Shown piece after piece: positions 27,822 to 36,962 of a stretch of 64,000 bases of DNA. Positions within the stretch are counted from its first letter, which is position 1; each line of letters opens with the position of its first letter. The stretch lies in NCBI GenBank assembly GCA_022653075.1, contig JALCSB010000001.1, forward strand, positions 128,327-192,326, read 5' to 3'. The translations under genes and the position numbers were made by a program. Source of the stretch: Intestinimonas sp. (GTDB lineage Bacteria; Bacillota; Clostridia; Oscillospirales; Oscillospiraceae). The notes beneath the pieces were generated by a model that searched no databases, was not told the origin of the DNA, and saw only the letters and a list, made by a program, of their open reading frames with translations.

Positions 27822-28631
27822 ATGCTGAATTTTATCAAAACCGGCATTTTCAGCCGCCAGACTGAAGAACCCGCGCCGGAGCCGGAAAGTAAAAATCAGG
27901 TGCTGGCCGTGTGGGGCAGCCCCGGTTCCGGCAAAACAACCGTGTCGGTCAAGCTGGCAAAGCATCTGGCCGACCAAAAAAAGAATGTGGCGCTGCTGCT
28001 GTGTGACATGACCGCGCCCATGCTGCCCTGCATTTGCCCGCCCTCGGACCTGGAATGTGAAAAATCTCTTGGTAGCATTCTGGCGGCAACCCATGTGACC
28101 GACTCTCTCATCCAGAACAACTGCGTCGTTCACAAGAAAATCAGCCATCTCACCCTCATTGGGATGAGGAAAGGCGAAAACGAATATACCTACCCGCCGT
28201 ACAGCGCGGCGCAGGCATCGGAACTGATCGACCATCTGCGGGACATCGCCCCGTATGTCGTCATTGATTGCGGCAGTTATATTGCAAACGACATTCTCTC
28301 GGCGGTATCCCTCATGGCAGCGGATTCCGTGCTTCGGCTGGTCAACTGCGATTTAAAATCCGTCAGCTACCTTTCCAGCCAGCTTCCCCTCCTGAAAGAC
28401 AAGAAATGGGACGCGGACAAACAGTACAAAGCGGCAAGCAATGTCAAAAGCAGCGAAGCCAGCGAGCATGTGGAACAGGTTCTGGGCAGCGTCGCGTTTC
28501 AGATTCCCCATTCCGAAGAGCTTTTCAATCAGTCCCTCGCCGGGGATCTGTTTCAGGAGCTGTATCTGAAAGACAGCCGGGGTTTCCGCAAAGAAATCAA
28601 GAAAATATCCATGGAGGTGTTTGGCGTATGA
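27822..28631 (+). CDS. ParA/MinD-like ATPase (TadZ/CpaE-like)
   Basis: Deviant Walker A VWGSPGSGKTTVS. Located between the cpaB-like and cpaF-like genes. Confidence 0.7.
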   Translation: MLNFIKTGIFSRQTEEPAPEPESKNQVLAVWGSPGSGKTTVSVKLAKHLADQKKNVALLLCDMTAPMLPCICPPSDLECEKSLGSILAATHVTDSLIQNNCVVHKKISHLTLIGMRKGENEYTYPPYSAAQASELIDHLRDIAPYVVIDCGSYIANDILSAVSLMAADSVLRLVNCDLKSVSYLSSQLPLLKDKKWDADKQYKAASNVKSSEASEHVEQVLGSVAFQIPHSEELFNQSLAGDLFQELYLKDSRGFRKEIKKISMEVFGV

Positions 28632-30031
28632 AGCTGTTAGAACGCGGGCCGATAAGCCCGGATACGCTCATGGAAACCAAGGCTCTGTGCACCCATGACC
28701 TGTTTTTCTCGCCGCAGGAGGACGCGCAGAATTTCGACTCGGTCCTGCGTCAGGTGCAGGAATACATCTCCGGCAAATATTCCACCCTCATCGTGGAAGG
28801 CGGCACCGGCGAGGTGAAGGCGCAGGTGAAACGGTACATCGCCAAATATGTGCAGGATAACCGCATCGCGGTCAAGGGCATGACCGGGGAGCAGCTCGTG
28901 GATGCCCTGTATACGGAAATGGCCGAGTTTTCCTTCCTCACCAAATACATCTTTGGCACCGGAATCGAGGAAATCGACATCAACAGCTGGCGGGATATTG
29001 AAATCCAGTACAGCGGCGGCAGGGACGAAAAGCTCGCGGAGCATTTCGACTCGCCGGAACACGCCGTTAACGTGGTGCGCCGGATGCTTCATGTGTCGGG
29101 CATGGTGCTGGACAACGCCAGTCCCGCCGTTCTCGGTCACCTCAGTAAAAACATCCGGATAGCCGCCATGAAAACCCCGCTGGTGGACGAGGACGTGGGC
29201 GTCGCGGCAAGCATTCGGATCGTCAATCCACAAAACATGCGGAAAGAGGACTTCATCAAGGAAGGTACGGCGACGGCTGAAATGCTGGATTTTCTTACCG
29301 AATGCGTGCACTACGGGATTTCCGTCTGCGTGGCCGGGGCCACCGGCTCCGGAAAAACCACCGTGGCAGGCTGGCTTCTGACCACCGTTCCGGATACGAA
29401 ACGGATCTTCACCATTGAAAGCGGCAGCCGGGAGCTTTCCCTCGTCCGGGAGAAAAACGGCAAGGTCCAAAACCGCGTTATACACACCATTACCCGCGAC
29501 AGCGAAAATGAGCGCCAGAGCATTGATCAGGATTTGCTCCTCGACATGGCGCTCCGCTTTAATCCGGAGGTCATCTGTGTTGGGGAAATGAGAAGCTCCG
29601 AAGCCTACGCCGCGCAGGAGGCCGCCCGCACCGGGCATACGGTGCTGACCACCATCCATTCCAATAGCTGCGAGGCCACCTACCGCCGCATGGCTACCCT
29701 GTGCAAGCGGAAATACGACATGGCCGACAACACTCTCATGGATTTGGTGACCGAGGCATTCCCCATTGTGGTCTTTACTAAACAGCTTGAGAACAAGCAG
29801 AGAAAAATGATGGAGATCATGGAATGCGAAATTCTGCCGGACGGTACCCGCAGCTTTCGCACTCTGTTTCATTACAATATCACGGAAAACAGGCTGGACG
29901 GGGACGAGTTTATCGTCAACGGTTATTATGAGCAGGTCAGCCGAATCTCCGACAGCCTGTGCAGGCGGTTTCTGGAAAACGGCATGCCGCAGGAAACCAT
30001 CAATCAATTCAGAAAAGGGGGCGTTGCTTGA
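28628..30031 (+). CDS. CpaF/TadA-family secretion ATPase (VirB11 superfamily)
   Basis: Walker A VAGATGSGKTT, Asp box, Walker B EVICVGEMR and His box TGHTVLTTIHS. The ATG at 28628 overlaps the upstream stop. Confidence 0.88.
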   Translation: MKLLERGPISPDTLMETKALCTHDLFFSPQEDAQNFDSVLRQVQEYISGKYSTLIVEGGTGEVKAQVKRYIAKYVQDNRIAVKGMTGEQLVDALYTEMAEFSFLTKYIFGTGIEEIDINSWRDIEIQYSGGRDEKLAEHFDSPEHAVNVVRRMLHVSGMVLDNASPAVLGHLSKNIRIAAMKTPLVDEDVGVAASIRIVNPQNMRKEDFIKEGTATAEMLDFLTECVHYGISVCVAGATGSGKTTVAGWLLTTVPDTKRIFTIESGSRELSLVREKNGKVQNRVIHTITRDSENERQSIDQDLLLDMALRFNPEVICVGEMRSSEAYAAQEAARTGHTVLTTIHSNSCEATYRRMATLCKRKYDMADNTLMDLVTEAFPIVVFTKQLENKQRKMMEIMECEILPDGTRSFRTLFHYNITENRLDGDEFIVNGYYEQVSRISDSLCRRFLENGMPQETINQFRKGGVA

Positions 30032-30960
30032 TGACATGGATACAACTGATTGCCTGCGCCGGAATGATTACCGGTTTTTTTCTTTTATTGCGTCTTTCCC
30101 CGATGGAGTTTACGAACGGGCTGTTCGGGTTTCTTCAGAACCACCCTAAAAGCATTCGGGAGGAAATCAACGAGGTGGCCCATCGGAAAAAGCCGTCTTT
30201 TTTTCGCAGGGAACTGATCGAGGCGAAGGACATTCTCGCCATGATCGGCAGAAGCAGCCGGTTCCCGACTGCCTGCGCCTGTTCGCTGTTGCTGTTTGCC
30301 ATCGGCGCGTCCATCGCCATTGTGATGGGCAACTTTCTCCTGGCTCCGGTGATGGCGGTGGGTTTTCTGTTCTTTCCCTTCTGGTACATCCGACTGACGG
30401 CGGGCCACTTTAAAAAGGATGTCGCCGCCGAACTGGAAACGGCGCTGTCCGTCATCACCACGGCCTACCTGAGAAACGAGGACATCTTGACGGCGGTGGA
30501 GGAAAACCTCCACTACCTGAACCCGCCCGTTCAAAACGTGTTTCGGGAGTTTTTGCTGCAGGTCAAAATGGTGAACCCCGATGTGGACGCGGCGCTGAAA
30601 AAGCTCCGTACCAGAATTGATAACGATGTGTTCCGGGAATGGTGCGATGCAGTGGCCGACTGCCAGTACGACCGGAGTCTGAAAAGCACGCTTACGCCCA
30701 TCGTTTCCAAGCTCAGCGACGTGAGGATCGTCAACGGCGAGTTGGACGCTCTCGCAGCGGAGCCGAGGAAGGAATTCATCGTCATGGTGGTATTCGTGAT
30801 CAGCAATATTCCGCTGATGTACGCTCTGAATAAGGACTGGTACGCCATCCTGATGCACACGGTGCCGGGGCAGATCATTCTGGCGGTGACCGCTGCCCTG
30901 ATCTTCCTGTCGACGGCCCGTGTGATCCGGCTGACCAAGCCTATCGAGTACCGGAGGTGA
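30031..30960 (+). CDS. type II secretion system F family protein (TadB-like)
   Basis: Membrane protein of TadB size and topology. Its start overlaps the cpaF stop (TGATG). Confidence 0.7.
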   Translation: MTWIQLIACAGMITGFFLLLRLSPMEFTNGLFGFLQNHPKSIREEINEVAHRKKPSFFRRELIEAKDILAMIGRSSRFPTACACSLLLFAIGASIAIVMGNFLLAPVMAVGFLFFPFWYIRLTAGHFKKDVAAELETALSVITTAYLRNEDILTAVEENLHYLNPPVQNVFREFLLQVKMVNPDVDAALKKLRTRIDNDVFREWCDAVADCQYDRSLKSTLTPIVSKLSDVRIVNGELDALAAEPRKEFIVMVVFVISNIPLMYALNKDWYAILMHTVPGQIILAVTAALIFLSTARVIRLTKPIEYRR

Positions 30961-30966
30961 CGTTGA

Positions 30967-31839
30967 ATGAAGGGATTACTCTTTTTATTTGGCGTTTTTC
31001 TGGCAGCGGGCCTTTTCCTGATCCTTTCCGATGCTTTAAAACTGCCCTATCTGCGCACGGCGAAGGCCATGTTGAATACCGGCAGGCGGGAGAAAAAAAC
31101 GGCGAAAACGCTGGAGGCGTATCTGCTTTCCGTCTCTGTGAAGCTCGCCCGATACGTCCGCATGGATGAGTACCGGAGGAACCGGATGCAAAGCGTCTTC
31201 AAGGCCGCCGGTATGAACCTGTCGCCGGAGGTGTACCAGACGTATGCCCTCGTCAAGGCCGGAGCGGTGCTTTTGCTTGCGATTCCCTGCCTGCTTTTCT
31301 TCCCGCTGCTGGTTCCCGTGGTGTTGTTTTTATCCATTATGGTCTATTTCAAGGAAAGCAGGCGGGCCGAGGAAAAGCTCGCGGCGAAACGGGAGAGCAT
31401 CGAAAGCGACCTTCCGAGATTCGTGGCCACCATCGAGCAGGAGCTGAAGAACAGCCGGGACGTGCTTTCCATTATTGAAAACTACAAGAAAAACGCGGGC
31501 GCGGACTTTGCCGATGAACTGGACGTTTTGGTCGCGGACATGCGCTCCTCCAGTTATGAGGCGGCGCTCACCCGTTTCGAGGCAAGGCTCAATTCTCCCA
31601 TGCTGTCCGACGTGGTGCGCGGGCTGATCGGCGTCCTTCGCGGGGACGACAGCGCTATGTATTTTCAGATGCTCTCCCATGATTTCAAGCAGATCGAGCT
31701 GCAGCGGCTCAAAAAAGAGGCGCAGAAAATCCCGCCCAAAATCCGTGCACTTTCGTTTGTGATGTTACTGTGTTTTCTGTTTACCTATCTCACCGTCATT
31801 GCCCTGCAGATCATGGATTCGCTTGGCAATCTGTTTTAA
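30967..31839 (+). CDS. type II secretion system F family protein (TadC-like)
   Basis: Second paralogous T2SS-F-like membrane protein directly downstream of the TadB-like gene. Confidence 0.7.
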   Translation: MKGLLFLFGVFLAAGLFLILSDALKLPYLRTAKAMLNTGRREKKTAKTLEAYLLSVSVKLARYVRMDEYRRNRMQSVFKAAGMNLSPEVYQTYALVKAGAVLLLAIPCLLFFPLLVPVVLFLSIMVYFKESRRAEEKLAAKRESIESDLPRFVATIEQELKNSRDVLSIIENYKKNAGADFADELDVLVADMRSSSYEAALTRFEARLNSPMLSDVVRGLIGVLRGDDSAMYFQMLSHDFKQIELQRLKKEAQKIPPKIRALSFVMLLCFLFTYLTVIALQIMDSLGNLF

Positions 31840-31860
31840 TGAAGAAGGAGGTCGTCCGTC

Positions 31861-31956
31861 ATGACGGAAAAAGAAATTCAAAAACAGCTCCAAAACTTCT
31901 ATGCCTGGGAGGAAGAGACACAGGGCGGCGGCGAAGAGGAGGTGCGAATGTGCTGA
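31861..31956 (+). CDS. 31-aa acidic micro-protein (MTEKEIQKQLQNFYAWEEETQGGGEEEVRMC)
   Basis: AAGGAGG lies 9 nt upstream of the ATG. The ORF overlaps the GTG start of the next gene. Below the ORF-track cutoff. Confidence 0.35.
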   Translation: MTEKEIQKQLQNFYAWEEETQGGGEEEVRMC

Positions 31957-32345
31957 AAGTATGGAGAAGCAGGCGGGGCGAGGGTTATGTGGATATCTGT
32001 GTTTTCGTGCTGTGCGCCATGCTGGTGCTGGCTCTGGCGGTCAAAGTGTTTCCGGTATTCATTGCCAAGAATCAGCTCGACACCTTTGCGACGGAGCTGT
32101 GCCGGGAAGCGGAAATCACCGGCTGCGTCGGCAGCGAAACCAGCCGCCGCGCCGCCGTTCTCCGGGAGCAGACCGGCCTCGATCCGGATATTTCGTGGTC
32201 AAAGACCGGGAATATCCAGCTCAACGAGGAAATCACGGTTACCGTCACGCTGCGGAAAAACCTTGGTCTGTTTGACAGCTTTGGTTCCTTTCCCATCACC
32301 CTGCGGGCGCAGGACAGCGGCAAAAGCGAGGTGTATCACAAATGA
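31950..32345 (+). CDS. minor prepilin-like protein (DUF4320/TadE-like)
   Basis: GTG start follows GAGGAGG. N-terminus VLKVWRSRRGEGYVDICVFVLCAMLVLALAV repeats the RRG-EG[FY][IV]D motif of the major pilin. Confidence 0.6.
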   Translation: MLKVWRSRRGEGYVDICVFVLCAMLVLALAVKVFPVFIAKNQLDTFATELCREAEITGCVGSETSRRAAVLREQTGLDPDISWSKTGNIQLNEEITVTVTLRKNLGLFDSFGSFPITLRAQDSGKSEVYHK

Positions 32346-32917
32346 AGAACAGCGTGACGCTGTATCGAATTCGCACAAGGTTCCGTCAGGTTTTAAGGGA
32401 TCGGCGCGGCACCGCCTTTCCTCTGGTGATCGCCCTTACGCTGGCACTGATGCTCATCCTGTGCGGCGTTACCGAGTATATGAGGCTGAACATTATCGCC
32501 TCCGGTGTTCGGGACGCGCTGGAATCCGGGATTATTACAACGGTCAACGACAACTACGCCAACGTCTATCACGGTGTCCGGGAAGGCTACAGCGGCGGGT
32601 ATCAGCCGAACGGCTCCGGTTTTGAGGAAGTGCTCGACTACGGCGATATCTACCGCTATCTTGATAAAATACTCGGCACGGAAAGCAGCGGAGGCAAGCA
32701 TGTGAAATATGCCGGGGATATTGTTGAGTACACACTCAGCGGTCTGTCCGTCAGCATTCGGAACGTGTCTCTCGCCCCTTCCAGCCCGGAAAACGCGCAG
32801 AAATTTGTCGCCGATGCCACAATTCGGCTGGAAGTGCCGGTTCGGTTCGGGGGCAAGGTTTTGCCGCCGATGTCCATTAATTTGAAAGTACAGGCGGGAT
32901 ATACAGAGGTATTCTGA
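32342..32917 (+). CDS. TadE/TadG-like minor pilin candidate
   Basis: The N-terminus has RDRRG followed by the hydrophobic helix TAFPLVIALTLALMLIL. The start overlaps the upstream stop. Confidence 0.55.
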   Translation: MKNSVTLYRIRTRFRQVLRDRRGTAFPLVIALTLALMLILCGVTEYMRLNIIASGVRDALESGIITTVNDNYANVYHGVREGYSGGYQPNGSGFEEVLDYGDIYRYLDKILGTESSGGKHVKYAGDIVEYTLSGLSVSIRNVSLAPSSPENAQKFVADATIRLEVPVRFGGKVLPPMSINLKVQAGYTEVF

Positions 32918-33009
32918 GATTGTCTCAAATATCTCTGGACTTGTGAAAAAATGTAGAGTATGTTGAAAATCAGAAAGAATAAAGCCTATCGGACAAGGAG
33001 GTTTTTACG

Positions 33010-33558
33010 ATGAAAGACAAAAAGAAAAGACTGCTGGTTGTGGCGGGCGGCGGCATCCTCGCGCTGGCGCTTATCCTTGCCATCGCGGGGCAGTTTCATA
33101 CAGATACCCCGGCAGAGGACGTCCTGTCCTCCTCCGGCGCGACCGATTCGAAGATATCCTCGGCACCAGAAGTGAATGTGCCGGAGCAGGACGAAAGCGC
33201 CGTTTCCGTCCTGCTGGAGGATATGGAATCCGAAGCATCGGCAAACTCAATGCCGCCGCAGACGGATCAGTCGGAACAGAGCATCCAGCCGGATGTGTCC
33301 AAGCCCGCAGCGCCGGAAAAACCGAAAGTGGATAACGATGCCGATATAACGAATCCGAAGCAGCCGCCGACCTACAGTCCGGAAAATACGGAAAAGGAAA
33401 CGGGGACGGAATCTTCAAAAAGCACTCCACAGGGCGGTGATACGCAGGACGGAAAAGTATATCTGCCTGGATTTGGATGGGTTACTGATACTGGAGGAAC
33501 TGGATCAACCGCCGATGATATGTATGAAAACGGCAATAAAATTGGGGAAATGAATTAA
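33010..33558 (+). CDS. membrane-anchored low-complexity protein
   Basis: N-terminal TM anchor, a long acidic/Pro/Ser-rich spacer and a conserved-looking C-terminus (KVYLPGFGWVTDTGG). Confidence 0.5.
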   Translation: MKDKKKRLLVVAGGGILALALILAIAGQFHTDTPAEDVLSSSGATDSKISSAPEVNVPEQDESAVSVLLEDMESEASANSMPPQTDQSEQSIQPDVSKPAAPEKPKVDNDADITNPKQPPTYSPENTEKETGTESSKSTPQGGDTQDGKVYLPGFGWVTDTGGTGSTADDMYENGNKIGEMN

Positions 33559-33625
33559 ACTCGTAATATTTCAGGGGACGCACGGTAAAATGCCGTGCGT
33601 TTTCTTTTGCAAAGGAGGCGACCCA

Positions 33626-35359
33626 ATGAAACGGTTATTCAGTGTTCTGCTGGCGCTTATCCTGCTGTGTTGCCCACTGTCGGCGATTCCGGCCTACGCC
33701 ATCGGCGACGGAAACGTGGACGGCGGTGGCGGCGGTATGGGAGATGGAACAAGCACCAACTCATGGACTCCCGGTAACGAGGGTGTGCGGGTTACGGTGA
33801 TTCGGGCCTCCGATCACGCAGTGGTCACCACGCCGATTGATTTGACAAACAAGAAACCTGACAATATCCAATCTCATTTTGGAAAAGTATGCAAATTATC
33901 TTACAACTCAGGTCAGGGACTCTCTCCTTCAAGTGCAAAATACAGTTATACGAATCCAGCGCAGGCTCTGCCAAAAATCATCAGCACCAACGGCACCAAC
34001 AACATTGCCGCCATCAAAAGCTATTTTACCGACGAACAGGTGATCCGCAGTATCGCGAACCTCACCGGCATGGATTTTGATGTATTGACAGACGGAGACT
34101 ACCGGTTGTTACTTGAACCCATTGCCTATTACAAATTTGAGGGCGTGATGATCGCCACCACCGCCACGGAAGCCGCGCTGTATGATAAGCAGGTCGGCGG
34201 CCTGCTCAGAAGCAGAATGGTGTCCCTGTCTCATAAGAACCTGCCGCTGGCCATGTTCTTGGAGGCGGCGGATCTCGGTTACCCCGCATGGTCAGGCAGC
34301 ACGACCACGGCGGCTTCCGACGCGGACATCATTTATTCTCTGGGTCTCGGAATCGTCCGGTTTAAGGACGTGGCGACGGAACCGCCAAACGTTTCCGCTT
34401 ACAATTATGAGTACCGGGTCAACACCGAGGTCATCACGTCGGTCACGGTCAGCGGCGGTCAAAGCGACCCGGATCATTCGGTAACGGTCACGTTCAACGT
34501 CGGCGGCAGAAGCATGCGGGTCAGCAACGTGTATTATCCGGAAGGCGACAGTCAGATTGCATGGATACGCTGGACAACGCCTTCCACGCCGCAGACCATG
34601 ACCATCCCCGTGACCGTGTCGGGAGGCGGCAGTACCAGAAGCGCAGCAATTACCGCCAAAATTGTGGATCTGTCCGGCAACGATCCGCCGAATCCCGTAG
34701 CCGACGACCGAAACGATTCCTATTCCACGCCGTCTGTCCCGAGTAAAGCGCAGAAAACCTCCGCTTCATGGAGTGTGTGGCGGCCTTGGTGGAAGGCGCA
34801 TTGGGTTTGGCACAGCGACTGGAACTGGTACGGTGACGGCAATGGCGGCGGCCATTGGGAGGATGACGGCGAATGGGTCGATGAGGGCTGGTGGGAATTT
34901 GACCTCAATCAGTACCGCGCAAGCCTTTCCGCTTCTATGAAAATACAGCCGGACGAGAAATCCCCGACTGCTTCGGGGAAAACCATGAAGTCCGGCTACG
35001 GAATCAACCAGACCGTGACCGCAAATGTCAGCACCAATCAGTCCTCGGCAGTGACCGGCGCGCAAAATGCCGTGACCTATTTCCCGGAATTCGGGTATCA
35101 GACTTACTGGCGGCTGCTGGAGTGTATGGGTTCCGGGTACAACTCCCAATTTGAGTTTCAAAAGAATCCGTACAGCACCTACGACCGCAGAACGCATTTC
35201 ACGCCGCTGTGGTTTCCTGACGGGAGCTACACGCCATATACATGGTTGATCGACTGCTGGACGCCGGATGGAATGCTCTCTATGAATCTCACTGATTCGG
35301 TAACCATCCGGGGAAATCTGTGGTCGGACTGGCACATCGCGGCGCAGAATCCGGATTAA
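33626..35359 (+). CDS. secreted protein with Gly-rich N-terminus and Trp-rich acidic segment (pilus- or surface-associated candidate)
   Basis: GGAGG RBS and a signal peptide (MKRLFSVLLALILLCCPLSAIPAYA). Last gene of the Tad-like block. Confidence 0.6.
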   Translation: MKRLFSVLLALILLCCPLSAIPAYAIGDGNVDGGGGGMGDGTSTNSWTPGNEGVRVTVIRASDHAVVTTPIDLTNKKPDNIQSHFGKVCKLSYNSGQGLSPSSAKYSYTNPAQALPKIISTNGTNNIAAIKSYFTDEQVIRSIANLTGMDFDVLTDGDYRLLLEPIAYYKFEGVMIATTATEAALYDKQVGGLLRSRMVSLSHKNLPLAMFLEAADLGYPAWSGSTTTAASDADIIYSLGLGIVRFKDVATEPPNVSAYNYEYRVNTEVITSVTVSGGQSDPDHSVTVTFNVGGRSMRVSNVYYPEGDSQIAWIRWTTPSTPQTMTIPVTVSGGGSTRSAAITAKIVDLSGNDPPNPVADDRNDSYSTPSVPSKAQKTSASWSVWRPWWKAHWVWHSDWNWYGDGNGGGHWEDDGEWVDEGWWEFDLNQYRASLSASMKIQPDEKSPTASGKTMKSGYGINQTVTANVSTNQSSAVTGAQNAVTYFPEFGYQTYWRLLECMGSGYNSQFEFQKNPYSTYDRRTHFTPLWFPDGSYTPYTWLIDCWTPDGMLSMNLTDSVTIRGNLWSDWHIAAQNPD

Positions 35360-35433
35360 AAACAGAAAAAGAATAAGGGCCGCATACTTCAAAAAGCAAG
35401 AAGCATGCGGCTTTTCTTTTTCAAACATTCAAA

Positions 35434-35790
35434 ATGAAAGGTGAAAAAATGATGAAAATGAAGCGAATCCTGACCGTACTTTGCGTCGTTGTACTGCTGG
35501 TCTGTATGTTCAGCGTCACCGCTTATGCCGCTGGCAGCGGTGATGTCGCCGGAGCTGTGGAAGGCACATGGAAAACGGCATCGCAGCAGATTAAGACTGT
35601 TGTTAACAGCGTTGTCTTCCCCGCAATCGACCTGATTCTCGCCGTGTTTTTCTTCGCCAAACTCGGTACGGCTTATTTCGACTATAGAAAGCACGGGCAA
35701 TTTGAGTGGGCGGCCCCGGCAATTCTGTTCGCTTGCTTAGTGTTTACGCTGACGGCTCCACTGTACATTTGGAGCGTCGTAGGAATGTAG
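35434..35790 (+). CDS. VirB2/TrbC-like T4SS membrane protein
   Basis: Signal peptide ending AYA plus two hydrophobic helices, about 100 aa mature, lying directly before the VirB6-like gene region. Confidence 0.5.
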   Translation: MKGEKMMKMKRILTVLCVVVLLVCMFSVTAYAAGSGDVAGAVEGTWKTASQQIKTVVNSVVFPAIDLILAVFFFAKLGTAYFDYRKHGQFEWAAPAILFACLVFTLTAPLYIWSVVGM

Positions 35791-35800
35791 AAACCAAGGT

Positions 35801-35832
35801 AGCCGGACAAAGATAATTCTCTTTGTCCGGCT
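35801..35832. terminator. bidirectional terminator hairpin
   Basis: Perfect 13-bp stem AGCCGGACAAAGA / TCTTTGTCCGGCT between convergent genes. Confidence 0.7.
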
Positions 35833-35847
35833 AAATAACTTAATGGC

Positions 35848-36849
35848 TTAATTGAAAAAACCTAGATTGGGATACTTTCTGATAAAGAAACCGTCTTTTA
35901 TTTGGCTTTTATCGAGACTTCCAATTTCGTTATCAAATAATGAATCTTTCATTTGAATTAGCATTTCAATAATTTTTTCATTTTCTTTATCGTATTCACT
36001 ATCACCAAGGTATTTTTCCACTATGAGTCTTATGTGCTCTTTTGGTCGGCTTTCATAAAAGGCTGTTAAAAATTCAATAAGCTTTAACTGTAATTCAATA
36101 GAGTCATACGCTAAATCATAATAAGATTTTTCTTCTTCAACGGTGTCATAATTTTCACCTTCAACTGTGACCACACCCTCGTAAATTTTTGTGAACACAA
36201 ACAAGGAAAAAAACAGTGTTAGCAATTGAAAATTGTTTTTGTGATATGTATAAAGCTTGTCATCAAAGTAGCAAAGAAGAGCGCCAAAGGAACAATGGGT
36301 ATACTGGCACAAAAACTGGTAGAAGTTGCTGTAATAATCTGTTTCCTTCCCCATTTTAAAACCAGCAGGCATTGGTATCTTTCCGACGGAACTTCCTTGT
36401 TCATCAATAATCTTAGATCCTTGCAAAGAGAAGTAATTCAAAGTAACAGACAAAGGGTTCAATATGAACTTCTTGACGACGCTTTCCCGTTCGTTATCAA
36501 TGTCAATATGATCACGGACATACCTATTCATAATATGGTTTTCAAAGATGCTTCGGATTAACATGAAGCAGTCTTCATTAAAAAAATAGGTTTTATCGTT
36601 TAGCAAGGATTTCAAAGCCATTAATGTCTTTGTGCTCTTTATAAATGCAAAATAATCATAATCGTACCCCAATTTGGTATTAAATTTTTCTTCTTCAGGA
36701 ATGGTTCCAGTTGCTTTATACAGCATTAAAATGTCGCCCAATCCATCAGGTACACAGTAGCAATCACAAAAACGTCTGGACTTTAAAATGAATCTATTCA
36801 ACATTTTATGTGAGAGCTTAATTAGCTCTTGTTCACTCATAGAATTCAC
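35848..36849 (-). CDS. AT-rich cargo gene: all-alpha hypothetical protein (tentatively DUF5677/Abi-like)
   Basis: Opposite strand to the conjugation operon and visibly AT-rich codon usage. Segments LIRSIFENHIMNRYV and YYSNFYQFLCQYTHCSFGAL are reminiscent of DUF5677-type proteins, but this similarity is weak. Confidence 0.6.
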   Translation of the reverse strand: MNSMSEQELIKLSHKMLNRFILKSRRFCDCYCVPDGLGDILMLYKATGTIPEEEKFNTKLGYDYDYFAFIKSTKTLMALKSLLNDKTYFFNEDCFMLIRSIFENHIMNRYVRDHIDIDNERESVVKKFILNPLSVTLNYFSLQGSKIIDEQGSSVGKIPMPAGFKMGKETDYYSNFYQFLCQYTHCSFGALLCYFDDKLYTYHKNNFQLLTLFFSLFVFTKIYEGVVTVEGENYDTVEEEKSYYDLAYDSIELQLKLIEFLTAFYESRPKEHIRLIVEKYLGDSEYDKENEKIIEMLIQMKDSLFDNEIGSLDKSQIKDGFFIRKYPNLGFFN

Positions 36850-36962
36850 CTCAATCTATAAAAATTATTTCGATTTAATATTACTGTGCTTAATTTTATC
36901 ATGTATAAGAGCGGTTAACAATTGTTTTAATGGCAACCGCATAAAAGGAGTGATTACACTAA

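Noticed and set aside
27270-30037. Long antisense ORFs 27270..28235 (-, 321 aa) and 28637..30037 (-, 466 aa)
   Set aside because: They lie exactly opposite the cpaB, tadZ and cpaF genes, which carry Walker and His-box motifs. They have Arg/Gly/His/Pro-rich shadow composition and no RBS.
30085-30938. ORFs 30085..30858 (-) and 30531..30938 (-)
   Set aside because: They are antisense to the TadB-like membrane protein gene.
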